The notes below the pieces were generated by a model that worked only from the letters and a program-made list of their open reading frames with translations, made no database searches and had not been told where the DNA came from. Positions 39,347-47,876 of a stretch of DNA of 64,000 nucleotides are shown piece by piece (positions within the stretch are counted from its first letter, which is position 1; each line of letters opens with the position of its first letter). The stretch comes from Candidatus Moraniibacteriota bacterium. GTDB taxonomy: Bacteria; Patescibacteriota; Minisyncoccia; Moranbacterales; GCA-2747515. The translations under genes and the position numbers were made by a program. The stretch lies in assembly GCA_046116545.1 (NCBI GenBank), contig CP175956.1, positions 449,734 to 513,733 on the forward strand, written 5' to 3'.

Positions 39347-40321
39347 ATGTCAAAACAGTATTTTTTGAAAGAATTTAATACACTTAGTTATATATTGCAA
39401 AGTTCTAGCAATATTCTTATCATTGGACACTCAAGTCCTGATGCTGATGCTGTAGGTAGTATAGTTGCACTACGTGAATTCATAAAAAAACATTATTCAG
39501 CAGATGTAACACTTGGTTGTTATGATGCTTTTCCGAAATCTTTAATGACTCTCATTCCAGATACTTTTCTCATACATCCTGAAGATTTAGATATTACATC
39601 ATTTGATGTAATTATTGGTTGTGACAGTGTTGATAGGGGATTCAATGATGTAATTAAAGATGCTTCAGATTCTTGTGTTACAGTAATAATTGATCATCAT
39701 CATGATACTATCACTAGAGCTGATTTGTTCATGAATGATGCTAATTATTCCTCAACTTGTGAAATATTATATAATTTTTTTAAGTTCACACATAAATCCA
39801 TTACAAAAAATATTGCAACAGCACTCTTAGCTGGCATCATTTTTGATACAGGAGCTTTTCAACACTCTAATACAACTGCTGAAACACTTTCAGCAGCCTC
39901 AAATTTAGTGAAGGGTGGTGGCTCTATAACAAAAATAAACAGAGCTCTGTTTTCTAATAGAAATGTAGAAACACTAAATTTGTGGGGAAGAGCACTTGAG
40001 CGAACAAAATTTCATAAAAAAACAGGCCTTGCTGTTGCAGCAATAACAACCGATGATTTAAATGGCTATTTAATAAATTCAGGAGAAATTTCAAATATTG
40101 CTTCCATGCTTACAACAGTTCCTGATGTACGAGCTGCTCTAATAGTATATCAATCCGATCCCAACACAATAAAGGGGAGCTTACGCGCTGAAAAGCATGG
40201 TGGTATTGATGTTTCTGCAATTGCACACACACTTGGTGGTGGTGGGCATAAATTAGCAAGTGGATTTTCTATTCCCGGAAAAATAAAAACTCTTCCTAAT
40301 GGTAATTGGAAAATTGTATAA
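39347..40321 (+). CDS. nrnA: DHH-family phosphoesterase NrnA (oligoribonuclease / pAp phosphatase)
   Basis: IIGHSSPDADAVGS, DHHHDT and GGGGHKLASG (DHHA1). Confidence 0.8.
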   Translation: MSKQYFLKEFNTLSYILQSSSNILIIGHSSPDADAVGSIVALREFIKKHYSADVTLGCYDAFPKSLMTLIPDTFLIHPEDLDITSFDVIIGCDSVDRGFNDVIKDASDSCVTVIIDHHHDTITRADLFMNDANYSSTCEILYNFFKFTHKSITKNIATALLAGIIFDTGAFQHSNTTAETLSAASNLVKGGGSITKINRALFSNRNVETLNLWGRALERTKFHKKTGLAVAAITTDDLNGYLINSGEISNIASMLTTVPDVRAALIVYQSDPNTIKGSLRAEKHGGIDVSAIAHTLGGGGHKLASGFSIPGKIKTLPNGNWKIV

Positions 40322-40416
40322 AGTACCATTAATTAATATATTGCTTAATAATTTATATTTAAATTGATTGACTATACATATAATTTTTGATATCCTAGCA
40401 TATGTATCAATAATAT

Positions 40417-40487
40417 GGTCGCGTGGCCGAGCGGTTAGGCAAAGGTCTGCAAAACCTTGTACCCCGGTTCAAATCCGGGCGCGACCT
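40417..40487 (+). tRNA. tRNA-Cys (anticodon GCA)
   Basis: GGTCGCG/CGCGACC acceptor, anticodon loop CTGCAAA, T-loop GGTTCAAATCC, U73 discriminator. Confidence 0.85.
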
Positions 40488-40518
40488 CAAAATTATGATA
40501 TAATGAATTTACTAACGT

Positions 40519-40603
40519 GCCCGGGTGGTGGAATTGGTAGACACGAGGGACTTAAAATCCCTTGGATGAATAATCCGTGCGAGTTCAAGTCTCGCCTCGG
40601 GCA
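40519..40603 (+). tRNA. tRNA-Leu (anticodon TAA), class II
   Basis: GCCCGGG/CTCGGGC acceptor, anticodon loop CTTAAAA, long variable arm, T-loop GAGTTCAAGTCTC. Confidence 0.85.
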
Positions 40604-40612
40604 CTTAAAAAA

Positions 40613-40641
40613 ACACACCTAGTAATAGGTGTGTTTTTTAT
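40613..40641 (+). terminator. Rho-independent terminator after tRNA-Leu
   Basis: ACACACCT-agtaat-AGGTGTGT followed by TTTTTTAT. Confidence 0.7.
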
Positions 40642-40650
40642 ATTTTTTCA

Positions 40651-41157
40651 TTAACTAATTACATACGCAACTAGACTTCTTCTTCCAAATGCAAATGCTT
40701 CAGATTTTGTTTCCATATAAATGTCAAAATGATTTCCTTTTATAGCACCTCCACGATCTTCACATGTATATATACCCATGCCTTCGATATGAATTTCAGT
40801 ACCAAACTCATATCCTCGTGGACAGGCAAGTGTATGTTTTTCTTTTACCATATTTCCACTTGCTGTTATACCATCACTTTTTCCACATTCATCTGCTGCA
40901 GCTGTATATGCTGATGCATTAATTGTAAATTTTTCTGGTATTGGCTCTACATATTGTGCTTTTTTATATTCTCCATTTGCTAATCCACAAACTATCCCTC
41001 CACCGTCTATATTTGTATATGTATTTATCTTATTTTCTGTTGTACTTGTAGTGTTTTTTGCATTTACTGTAATAACTGTAAATACACTTATGATTACTAT
41101 AAATACTATATATCTCATTAATGAGACTAAATTATTAACATGCCCACGATACTTCAT
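40651..41157 (-). CDS. 3D-domain (MltA/YuiC-like) secreted cell-wall protein
   Basis: Signal or anchor, then ASAYTAAADECGKSDGITASG ... CEDRGGAIKGNHFDIYM with conserved Asp residues. Confidence 0.6.
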   Translation of the reverse strand: MKYRGHVNNLVSLMRYIVFIVIISVFTVITVNAKNTTSTTENKINTYTNIDGGGIVCGLANGEYKKAQYVEPIPEKFTINASAYTAAADECGKSDGITASGNMVKEKHTLACPRGYEFGTEIHIEGMGIYTCEDRGGAIKGNHFDIYMETKSEAFAFGRRSLVAYVIS

Positions 41158-41322
41158 CTAAACTTTTCTCGTAGATAACACGGTTGACTCTGTGCCAACG
41201 CACTTTTTCAAGTCAACATATTACTATAGCATATTTTATATACCTTGTCAAGTTGACAAAGTCCTCTCAGTGGTCTATTGTTCATTGTTATTTAACAATT
41301 CCTGCAAACTTATTACTTTCAC

Positions 41323-41694
41323 ATGGAGGTTATTTTAATGGAAAATCTGATTTTAATATTAGATGATGGCTTTGAGATAACATCTTACTCAAAAAAATAT
41401 CTCTCCAAAATAGGTGCTTTGTTATTTTTACACTACAATGACTATTTAACTCAAAAAAATATAATCAATTGTATAAAAGATCGTCCACAAGATATCCAGA
41501 ATGAGGTTACTATCTCAATATCACGTTATGAATCTATTTTACTTAATTTTAATTCATTAAAAGATATAAACACTGACTTACATATCTTTATATCCAGATT
41601 CCCAGCAGATAACTCACAATCCTTATTTATAACTATTTCAGATAAGTATAAACCTATTGTAAAAAAATTGTTGTCTGATATTATTTTTGAATAA
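41323..41694 (+). CDS. Hypothetical protein
   Basis: 123-aa ORF with no recognised motif. Confidence 0.35.
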   Translation: MEVILMENLILILDDGFEITSYSKKYLSKIGALLFLHYNDYLTQKNIINCIKDRPQDIQNEVTISISRYESILLNFNSLKDINTDLHIFISRFPADNSQSLFITISDKYKPIVKKLLSDIIFE

Positions 41695-41752
41695 AATTAT
41701 TAAACTCCTGCATAATAACTATGTGGGGGTTTTCACTTTCTCCGCCAAACAC

Positions 41753-41781
41753 TTGACTTATTAACGTTTTTAGCTTAATAT
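41753..41781 (+). promoter_or_regulatory. Sigma70-like promoter (TTGACT-17-TAATAT) upstream of rplS
   Basis: Hexamers at 41753-41758 and 41776-41781. Confidence 0.35.
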
Positions 41782-41878
41782 GATGAAAGGTTTTGATATG
41801 AATATGTTATCAAATATTTTTTGTGTTTAATATGTTCATAACCACTATTTTATTATAAATTTTTTAAACAACAGACCT

Positions 41879-42319
41879 ATGCGAAATGAAGTTATAGAAT
41901 TCAACAAAACTCAGAGAAAAGATACTATTGCTTTTCGTGCTGGTGATGTTGTAAAAGTTCACCGTAAAATTAAAGAAGGTGAAAAAGAAAGAATTCAGAT
42001 TTTTGAGGGAATGGTAATTGCAATGAAGGGTGGACAAAGTAGTTCTCCGATGATGACTATCCGAAAAGTATCTAATGGAGTTGGTATCGAAATTATAGTT
42101 CCTATCTTTTCACCAACTATTGAAAAGATAGAATTAGTAAAAAGAGCTAAAGTTCGACGATCAAAACTTTACTTTGTGCGAGATAAGGCTGCAAAAGCTT
42201 TGCGCTTCAAATACACAGATGGTGCTGAAATATCTCCTGAAGAAGTTGTTGAGGAAAAGAATCTTGAAGTAAAAGAGGTTGCAAAAGATACAGAAAAAGC
42301 TGAATCAGTAGAAAAATAA
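41879..42319 (+). CDS. rplS: 50S ribosomal protein L19 with a C-terminal acidic extension
   Basis: AFRAGDVVKVHRKIKEGEKERIQIFEGMVIAMKGG...TIRKVSNGVGIE. Confidence 0.9.
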   Translation: MRNEVIEFNKTQRKDTIAFRAGDVVKVHRKIKEGEKERIQIFEGMVIAMKGGQSSSPMMTIRKVSNGVGIEIIVPIFSPTIEKIELVKRAKVRRSKLYFVRDKAAKALRFKYTDGAEISPEEVVEEKNLEVKEVAKDTEKAESVEK

Positions 42320-42344
42320 TTATAAATTTTCAAAAACAAGGTTT

Positions 42345-42372
42345 TAAAACCTTGTTTTTTTTATTGCTTTTT
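42345..42372 (+). terminator. Rho-independent terminator after rplS
   Basis: AAACAAGGTTTTAAAACCTTGTTT palindrome followed by TTTTTT. Confidence 0.65.
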
Positions 42373-42414
42373 TGCAAAAAATATAGTAAAATACCTTTTG
42401 TGTTATTCTCTTAA

Positions 42415-42498
42415 GCCCAGGTGGTGGAATTGGTATACACACATGGTTGAGGGCCATGGCTTTTTATAAGCATGCGGGTTCAAGTCCCGCCCTGGGCA
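42415..42498 (+). tRNA. tRNA-Leu (anticodon GAG), class II
   Basis: GCCCAGG/CCTGGGC acceptor, anticodon loop TTGAGGG, long variable arm. Confidence 0.85.
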
Positions 42499-42560
42499 CA
42501 AGTATTGATTTTTTATTTAAAAAGTGTATAATAGAATCTGTTGACAAATTATTTATAAAT

Positions 42561-42634
42561 GCACGCTTAGCTCAGCTGGTTAGAGCATCTCATTTACACT
42601 GAGGAGGCCGGGGGTTCGAATCCCTCAGCGTGCA
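42561..42634 (+). tRNA. tRNA-Val (anticodon TAC)
   Basis: GCACGCT/AGCGTGC acceptor, anticodon loop TTTACAC, T-loop GGTTCGAATCC. Confidence 0.85.
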
Positions 42635-42656
42635 CATAGTGTCAAAAGAAATATAA

Positions 42657-42728
42657 GCCGAGGTAGCTCAGTGGTAGAGCAAAGGACTGAAAATCCTTGT
42701 GTCGAGAGTTCAATTCTCTCCCTCGGCA
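42657..42728 (+). tRNA. tRNA-Phe (anticodon GAA)
   Basis: GCCGAGG/CCTCGGC acceptor, anticodon loop CTGAAAA. Confidence 0.85.
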
Positions 42729-42835
42729 CATTGTATTTTTTAAAACACTCACTAAGAGACTTTCAAAAGTCTTTTTTTGTTTGACGAAATGAAAAAAAAC
42801 ATATAAAATATTTAGGTATTCAATTTAAGGAATAG

Positions 42836-42907
42836 GGGACTATAGCTCAGTGGTAGAGCACGCGACTCATAATCGCTTGGTCGCAGGTTCGAACCCTGCT
42901 AGTCCCA
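42836..42907 (+). tRNA. tRNA with CAT anticodon (elongator Met or lysidine-modified Ile2)
   Basis: GGGACTA/TAGTCCC acceptor with a paired first position, so not an initiator tRNA. Anticodon loop is CTCATAA. tilS is present in this window. Confidence 0.8.
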
Positions 42908-42922
42908 CAATATAGTAATTTT

Positions 42923-42994
42923 GCGAGTGTCGTATAATGGTTATTACACCACCTTGCCAAGGTAGAAATGGCGGTTCGATCCCGCTCACTCGCT
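42923..42994 (+). tRNA. tRNA-Gly (anticodon GCC)
   Basis: ACACCACCTTGCCAAGGTAG anticodon arm, T-loop GGTTCGATCC, U73 discriminator. Confidence 0.8.
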
Positions 42995-43016
42995 CATAAA
43001 ATAAAAAACTACAGAA

Positions 43017-43047
43017 GTAATTCTGTAGTTTTTTATTTACCCTTATT
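43017..43047 (+). terminator. Rho-independent terminator after the tRNA cluster
   Basis: AACTACAGAA-gtaa-TTCTGTAGTT followed by TTTTTATTT. Confidence 0.7.
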
Positions 43048-43110
43048 TATATAATCTCACCAAATTGTATAAAAATAAATTTACTCCTAATCCATATCAT
43101 TCCCAATTCA

Positions 43111-43518
43111 CTATTCGCCTTTTACACATTTACCACAAAGACAACCTTCTTTACTTATAATGTCTTCTACGTACTCCTCACCATAATCAAAAGTAAATTC
43201 TTCTCCATGTTCTATCTCTCGTAGAGCATAAAACATTATTTGTTCTTCATCTTCTATTACCGCTTCTATATTTGGCTCACAAGAATGATTAATATATCTA
43301 CCTGTATGTTCTCGTCCTGTACCATCTAAGACAATTTTATCATTAAGCGTAAATAAATATCGTCCACCTTTTTGATTTGACTGCTCATGTGTTAATGGTT
43401 CTCCTGTGTATTCAATTATAAAATCATCTTTTATAAAATTACGATTAGCAAAAAGACCTAGTCCTGCACTTGAGCGCCCTACTCGATAATTTTCTGTTGT
43501 GTTTTTCCCATTTGTCAT
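43111..43518 (-). CDS. SET-domain protein (putative protein lysine methyltransferase)
   Basis: GRYINHSCEPN and EFTFDYG SET signatures in 135 aa. Confidence 0.8.
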   Translation of the reverse strand: MTNGKNTTENYRVGRSSAGLGLFANRNFIKDDFIIEYTGEPLTHEQSNQKGGRYLFTLNDKIVLDGTGREHTGRYINHSCEPNIEAVIEDEEQIMFYALREIEHGEEFTFDYGEEYVEDIISKEGCLCGKCVKGE

Positions 43519-43676
43519 AATGTATTATTATTTTTATGATTTAAAAATATTGTACTTTATATTTTATACTTTGTCATCTTCACTGAGTTATTTTTTAAAA
43601 AAAATCAGGACTGAGTTATAAACTCAGTCCTATAATAAACTGCTTTATGAAAAGATTTTAAATTTCTATTTGTAAC

Positions 43677-43853
43677 CCCTCACACCTTTCTTGAAACATG
43701 TCCTTGCGAGCAACTGTGCTATCCTGTGTGTTTAGCGAAGTAATCTTAAGCACATACTTTAAATTTAAAAAGATTGCTTTGTCGTCGTACCTCCTCCTCG
43801 CAAAGACGTTATCTCTAGGTATTTTTCAAGAATTTATTTGAAAGTGTGAGGAG
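43677..43853. ncRNA. Candidate structured RNA or leader, with nested long-range helices; strand and identity unknown
   Basis: CCCTCACACCTTTC (43677-43690) pairs with GAAAGTGTGAGGAG (43840-43853); CCTTGCGAG (43702-43710) pairs with CTCGCAAAG (43797-43805). An internal TGTGCT...AGCACA hairpin is present, and the region is GC-richer than its flanks. Confidence 0.3.
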
Positions 43854-43889
43854 TTACTTCTACTTAGGTAGACTGAGATTCACTATTTA

Positions 43890-44873
43890 CTAAACTTTGT
43901 AGTTATCAACATATTTCAATAAGGCACTAAATCTATCTGGATAATTAGCTTCAAAATTATATTCTTCTCCATTTAATTTAAAAGCCAACTCCTTAGCATG
44001 TAGATAAAATGTGCTTGGATCATATTCTTTAAATTCACTCAAATCTATTTGTCTCTCATTTTTTGTATAATATCTTTCATCACCTACAAGAGGATGTCCT
44101 TTATGTAACATATGTACTCTTATTTGATGAGTTCTTCCTGTCTTAGGTTTTACTTCTACACATGCAACCTGTAATGCTTCTGATAAATTATATTCAGATA
44201 TTACATTGTATTCTGTTTGAGCTTCTTTTGAATCACCTTTATATCTACCAAAAGCTATTTTTTGCTTTGTGTATGAAGTTGCTCGTGCTATTGGAGCATC
44301 TATTAGTCCATTTAATTCATCAAAAAGACCAAAAACTATAGCATGATATGTCTTTTGAATCTCTCTTTTTTGAAAAAGTTCCTTTAATTGATCAAAAGTC
44401 TCTTGGTTTTTAGCTATAACCATAAGTCCTGTAGTATCTTTATCAAGTCTGTGTACTATACCAGGTCTTTCTTCATCATCACCTACACCAGAAATCTCTG
44501 GGAATATAGCTAAAAGTGCATTTACAAGGGTTTCTTCTCGCTCTCTATGGCTTGGATGTACTTGTAATCCTCTTTGTTTGTTTATTATTGCAAAATTTTC
44601 ATTACTCTCCAAAATATCTAATACTATATTTTTATTTGGTACTATTTTATCATCTTGTTCTTCAAATTCACCCATTGTTATAATTTCATTACCTTTAAGT
44701 TTATAACTAGGTTTAACCTTTAAATCATTAACTAAGACGACTTCTGTCCGAATCATTTTTATTATTTCACCCCTTGTCCTATCCTCATTTTTTTTAGCTA
44801 AGAATTTATCTATCCGAATTCCTTTGTTTTTCTCTTCTACATTTATAATTTCATTCATAATATTATATTTCAC
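43890..44873 (-). CDS. rluD: RluA-family 23S rRNA pseudouridine synthase (RluD-like)
   Basis: S4-like N-terminus; catalytic motif HRLDKDTTGLMVIAKN. Confidence 0.85.
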   Translation of the reverse strand: MKYNIMNEIINVEEKNKGIRIDKFLAKKNEDRTRGEIIKMIRTEVVLVNDLKVKPSYKLKGNEIITMGEFEEQDDKIVPNKNIVLDILESNENFAIINKQRGLQVHPSHREREETLVNALLAIFPEISGVGDDEERPGIVHRLDKDTTGLMVIAKNQETFDQLKELFQKREIQKTYHAIVFGLFDELNGLIDAPIARATSYTKQKIAFGRYKGDSKEAQTEYNVISEYNLSEALQVACVEVKPKTGRTHQIRVHMLHKGHPLVGDERYYTKNERQIDLSEFKEYDPSTFYLHAKELAFKLNGEEYNFEANYPDRFSALLKYVDNYKV

Positions 44874-45837
44874 TAATTACATCAAAACCTTTTACACTTC
44901 CTACAATAGCATACCCAAATACATTTTGTGCCACATTATTTCTTTTACACTTACAGGCGAGTTGCTCCAAAGTTGCTCCAGAACCCACAGCATCATCAAT
45001 TATAAGTATGTTGTCATATTCACCTTTATCATCCACGACCATTGTTTCTTTTGCATTCTTTATACGATCATCAATTTTTGAAAGTGTTTTTTGTGGCACT
45101 ACAATTTCACCATGTACTTTAACAATATTTATTACTGGTAAAGCAATATTTAATTCATCTTGTAAAATACGCATGAATTGTATTTTACGATCAATAGATG
45201 GTGGTGCAAATCCAATTGCTTGTATATTTTCTTTTTTTATTATAGACAATACATCATCTTTTATCATTTCTACAACCTTTTTTATCATTTTTCTATCTTG
45301 ACTTTGTTTTGAATACATTACTAGTTGTCCTATTTTTGTCTTACCAAAAATTTCCCATGCATAGAACTCACTATAAAATACATCGTTAATACATTTAGTG
45401 TTAAAAACTTTATGCATTTTCACTGTACCTTTGATTAAATTATTCTCTTTATATTGTTTATATTTATCATAAATATCACAATATTCAACAGCTTTTTTAC
45501 TTATATCAAAATCTCTTTTGTCACACCAGATTCTAAAACCATTTAAACCATCCGCTTTTTCTCCATTTGGCATGATATAAAGAAAGTTTTTTTCAATAAT
45601 ATCACGCTTTTGTTGATCTATCTCAATTTTTACATCAACAAACTCTTTTTTATTTTCACTTGGAAAATAATATACACGTGGTGGGGAACCTCGTTTTAGA
45701 ACACTCTTTTCTTCTATAAGTTTTTTAAGATGTCGTTGAACCATTGCTCGAGTTAATTGAAATTCATTAATTAATTCAATTACCGTTGCTTGTTCCTTTT
45801 CTTGAATATATTTCAATATCTTATCACGAGAAGACAT
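44863..45837 (-). CDS. Winged-helix HTH domain fused to a type I phosphoribosyltransferase domain (PurR-like architecture)
   Basis: N-terminal ILKYIQEKEQATVIELINEFQLTRAMVQRHLKKLIEEK; C-terminal PRPP-binding motif ILIIDDAVGSGATLEQL. Confidence 0.55.
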   Translation of the reverse strand: MSSRDKILKYIQEKEQATVIELINEFQLTRAMVQRHLKKLIEEKSVLKRGSPPRVYYFPSENKKEFVDVKIEIDQQKRDIIEKNFLYIMPNGEKADGLNGFRIWCDKRDFDISKKAVEYCDIYDKYKQYKENNLIKGTVKMHKVFNTKCINDVFYSEFYAWEIFGKTKIGQLVMYSKQSQDRKMIKKVVEMIKDDVLSIIKKENIQAIGFAPPSIDRKIQFMRILQDELNIALPVINIVKVHGEIVVPQKTLSKIDDRIKNAKETMVVDDKGEYDNILIIDDAVGSGATLEQLACKCKRNNVAQNVFGYAIVGSVKGFDVISEI

Positions 45838-46041
45838 AACTATTTTATAATTAATTTATAGTATATAGTATACAGTGTATTATATACTATGTCAATTAAC
45901 CATTTAACTCTTTTATTCACAAGGACATCTATAGTACATATAATAATACTATGGATGTATTTTTAGTTTCACCTCAGCACAAACCTTTATTTAAAAGAAA
46001 TTTCATATTACATTATATGGAATTCAAAAAAGTTTTTATAG

Positions 46042-46645
46042 TTATCCACTTATCAACAAGTTATCCACTTTTTCAATAATATATTAATTTCATATTAGTT
46101 ATTTATAAGGACATGTCCTTGAGGCTGTCCTCGTATTATATATACATAATGGGTACAAGGAACAATACTACAATGAGTGCTAGTTATTTAGAAATGGTAT
46201 GAAGAAATATTATAAAATATCGTCTTTGCGAGTAGTAGTATTCTTTATCATGATCTACGAAGCAATATCAATAAGATTACTTCACATTATTATATTGAAA
46301 ATAGCTTTTATCTGCAAAGACAATGCTATTTTTCAAAACTAATTATACAAAAAGTTTATTGAAAACTTATACTTACTACGTTTTAAACGCACTTACTAGT
46401 TATGCTACTAGTTTTTAAGTATAATAAAAAACTAGGAGGGACATTGTTTCTTGAGATAAAAAAATATAAGATTTTTGCATTATTTACACTTTTTCCTTTT
46501 TAAGTTTATGGTTATCAACAGAAAACTGTGGATAACCTGTTAATTATGTGGATAACTTCTTGTGGATAACTTTGTATATTCTTGTGCACAATATTCCATT
46601 GTTGTGGATAACTATACATTATTTACACTTTTTTAGTTATCCACA
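46042..46645. promoter_or_regulatory. Putative chromosomal replication origin (oriC): a DnaA-box cluster in a 1.4-kb AT-rich intergenic region
   Basis: TTATCCACT at 46042 and 46061; TGTGGATAA at 46527, 46547, 46561 and 46613; TTATCCACA at 46637; TTATCAACA at 46512. An AT-rich DUE-like stretch lies at 46738-46790. Genes to the left run on the minus strand and genes to the right run on the plus strand. Confidence 0.6.
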
Positions 46646-47277
46646 TTTAGCAACACATATACACACCCTTACACACATGTCTTATTTTTGTGTTATTTAC
46701 TACATTTTTCCACAATATTCACTTATACATACAGTAATAGTAATAATAAATTATATATATAATAAGTTATTATATTACAGATTCATTCTATGTCTCAAAA
46801 TATATATCAACTAAAAAACATCTCCGATTCATAACCATCTATTAAAATAAAATTGGAGTAGTTATTATTTAGATTTAATAGTGTAATCTTACAGAGAAAA
46901 GATTTTTAATATAATAAATAATGAAATTAGTTATCACATGTTTTTTTTCTAGTAGGATTAATATTATTTACTTATCTATTTAGTATATAAAATCATTTAT
47001 ATGGAAACTAAACTATAATAGTTCAATAATAGACTAACATATTGTTATGTTGCAGCTAATAAATAAAATAGGCACATAAACAGTCAGTATATGAAAGCTA
47101 AACATTTTCAGAATAATATATTATTGAAGTTAGTTTCAAATTAAGATTTGATATAAACTGTACAATTATGGTATTGACAAAATATATAAAGTATGCTATA
47201 GTTTAATGTTGTTGAGATAGTTCTCTAAAAATTTAAGATAAATCTATTATTTCGTCTATTGGCGAAAAGGGGATGTT

Positions 47278-47859
47278 ATGAAAACTTTAAAAGTTATAGT
47301 TTTTGCTCTAATCGCTGTTGTTTCTCTTTCTACCACTCAAGCAGTTGCTGGATGGTTTGGTGGAGATAATCTTTTTCCAGAAGCTGCTATTGAAGTAGGT
47401 ATCCGGAAAGCGGTATTTCAAATCACTAAAGATTATTCTGATTGGGGTAAAACAACTGATGTAGTTGATATTGAAATTCATCAGAAATATCGCACCAATC
47501 AAAAAAAACTTGCAAAGCTGAAGCAGTTGTATTATAAAAAGGGTGTAGAAGTACCAAAGGGAGTTAGGCGAGTTTTTTCTAATATTGGATTATATAAAAG
47601 TAATGATGATTTCCAAGAAGAACTTCTTAGTGTTGCATTTACTGCTAATTTTATTGCTGAGGGTAAAAAACATGAGATTGTTGCTAATTTCTTATTTACT
47701 AAATATCCTCAAGAAGATAGTATAAGATATTTGAATTGGGTGGTATTTGCTTGGACAGATAAAAATCCAGAACAAGTGGATGATACTAATTATGATGAGT
47801 TTAGAGAAAATGCTAAAGAATCTATCAACATTTTTGAAGAAATTATAGTGATTAAGTAA
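47278..47859 (+). CDS. Secreted hypothetical protein (first gene of the T4SS-like locus)
   Basis: Signal peptide MKTLKVIVFALIAVVSLSTTQAVA in 193 aa. Confidence 0.45.
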   Translation: MKTLKVIVFALIAVVSLSTTQAVAGWFGGDNLFPEAAIEVGIRKAVFQITKDYSDWGKTTDVVDIEIHQKYRTNQKKLAKLKQLYYKKGVEVPKGVRRVFSNIGLYKSNDDFQEELLSVAFTANFIAEGKKHEIVANFLFTKYPQEDSIRYLNWVVFAWTDKNPEQVDDTNYDEFRENAKESINIFEEIIVIK

Positions 47860-47876
47860 TAATGTGAAAATTATTA

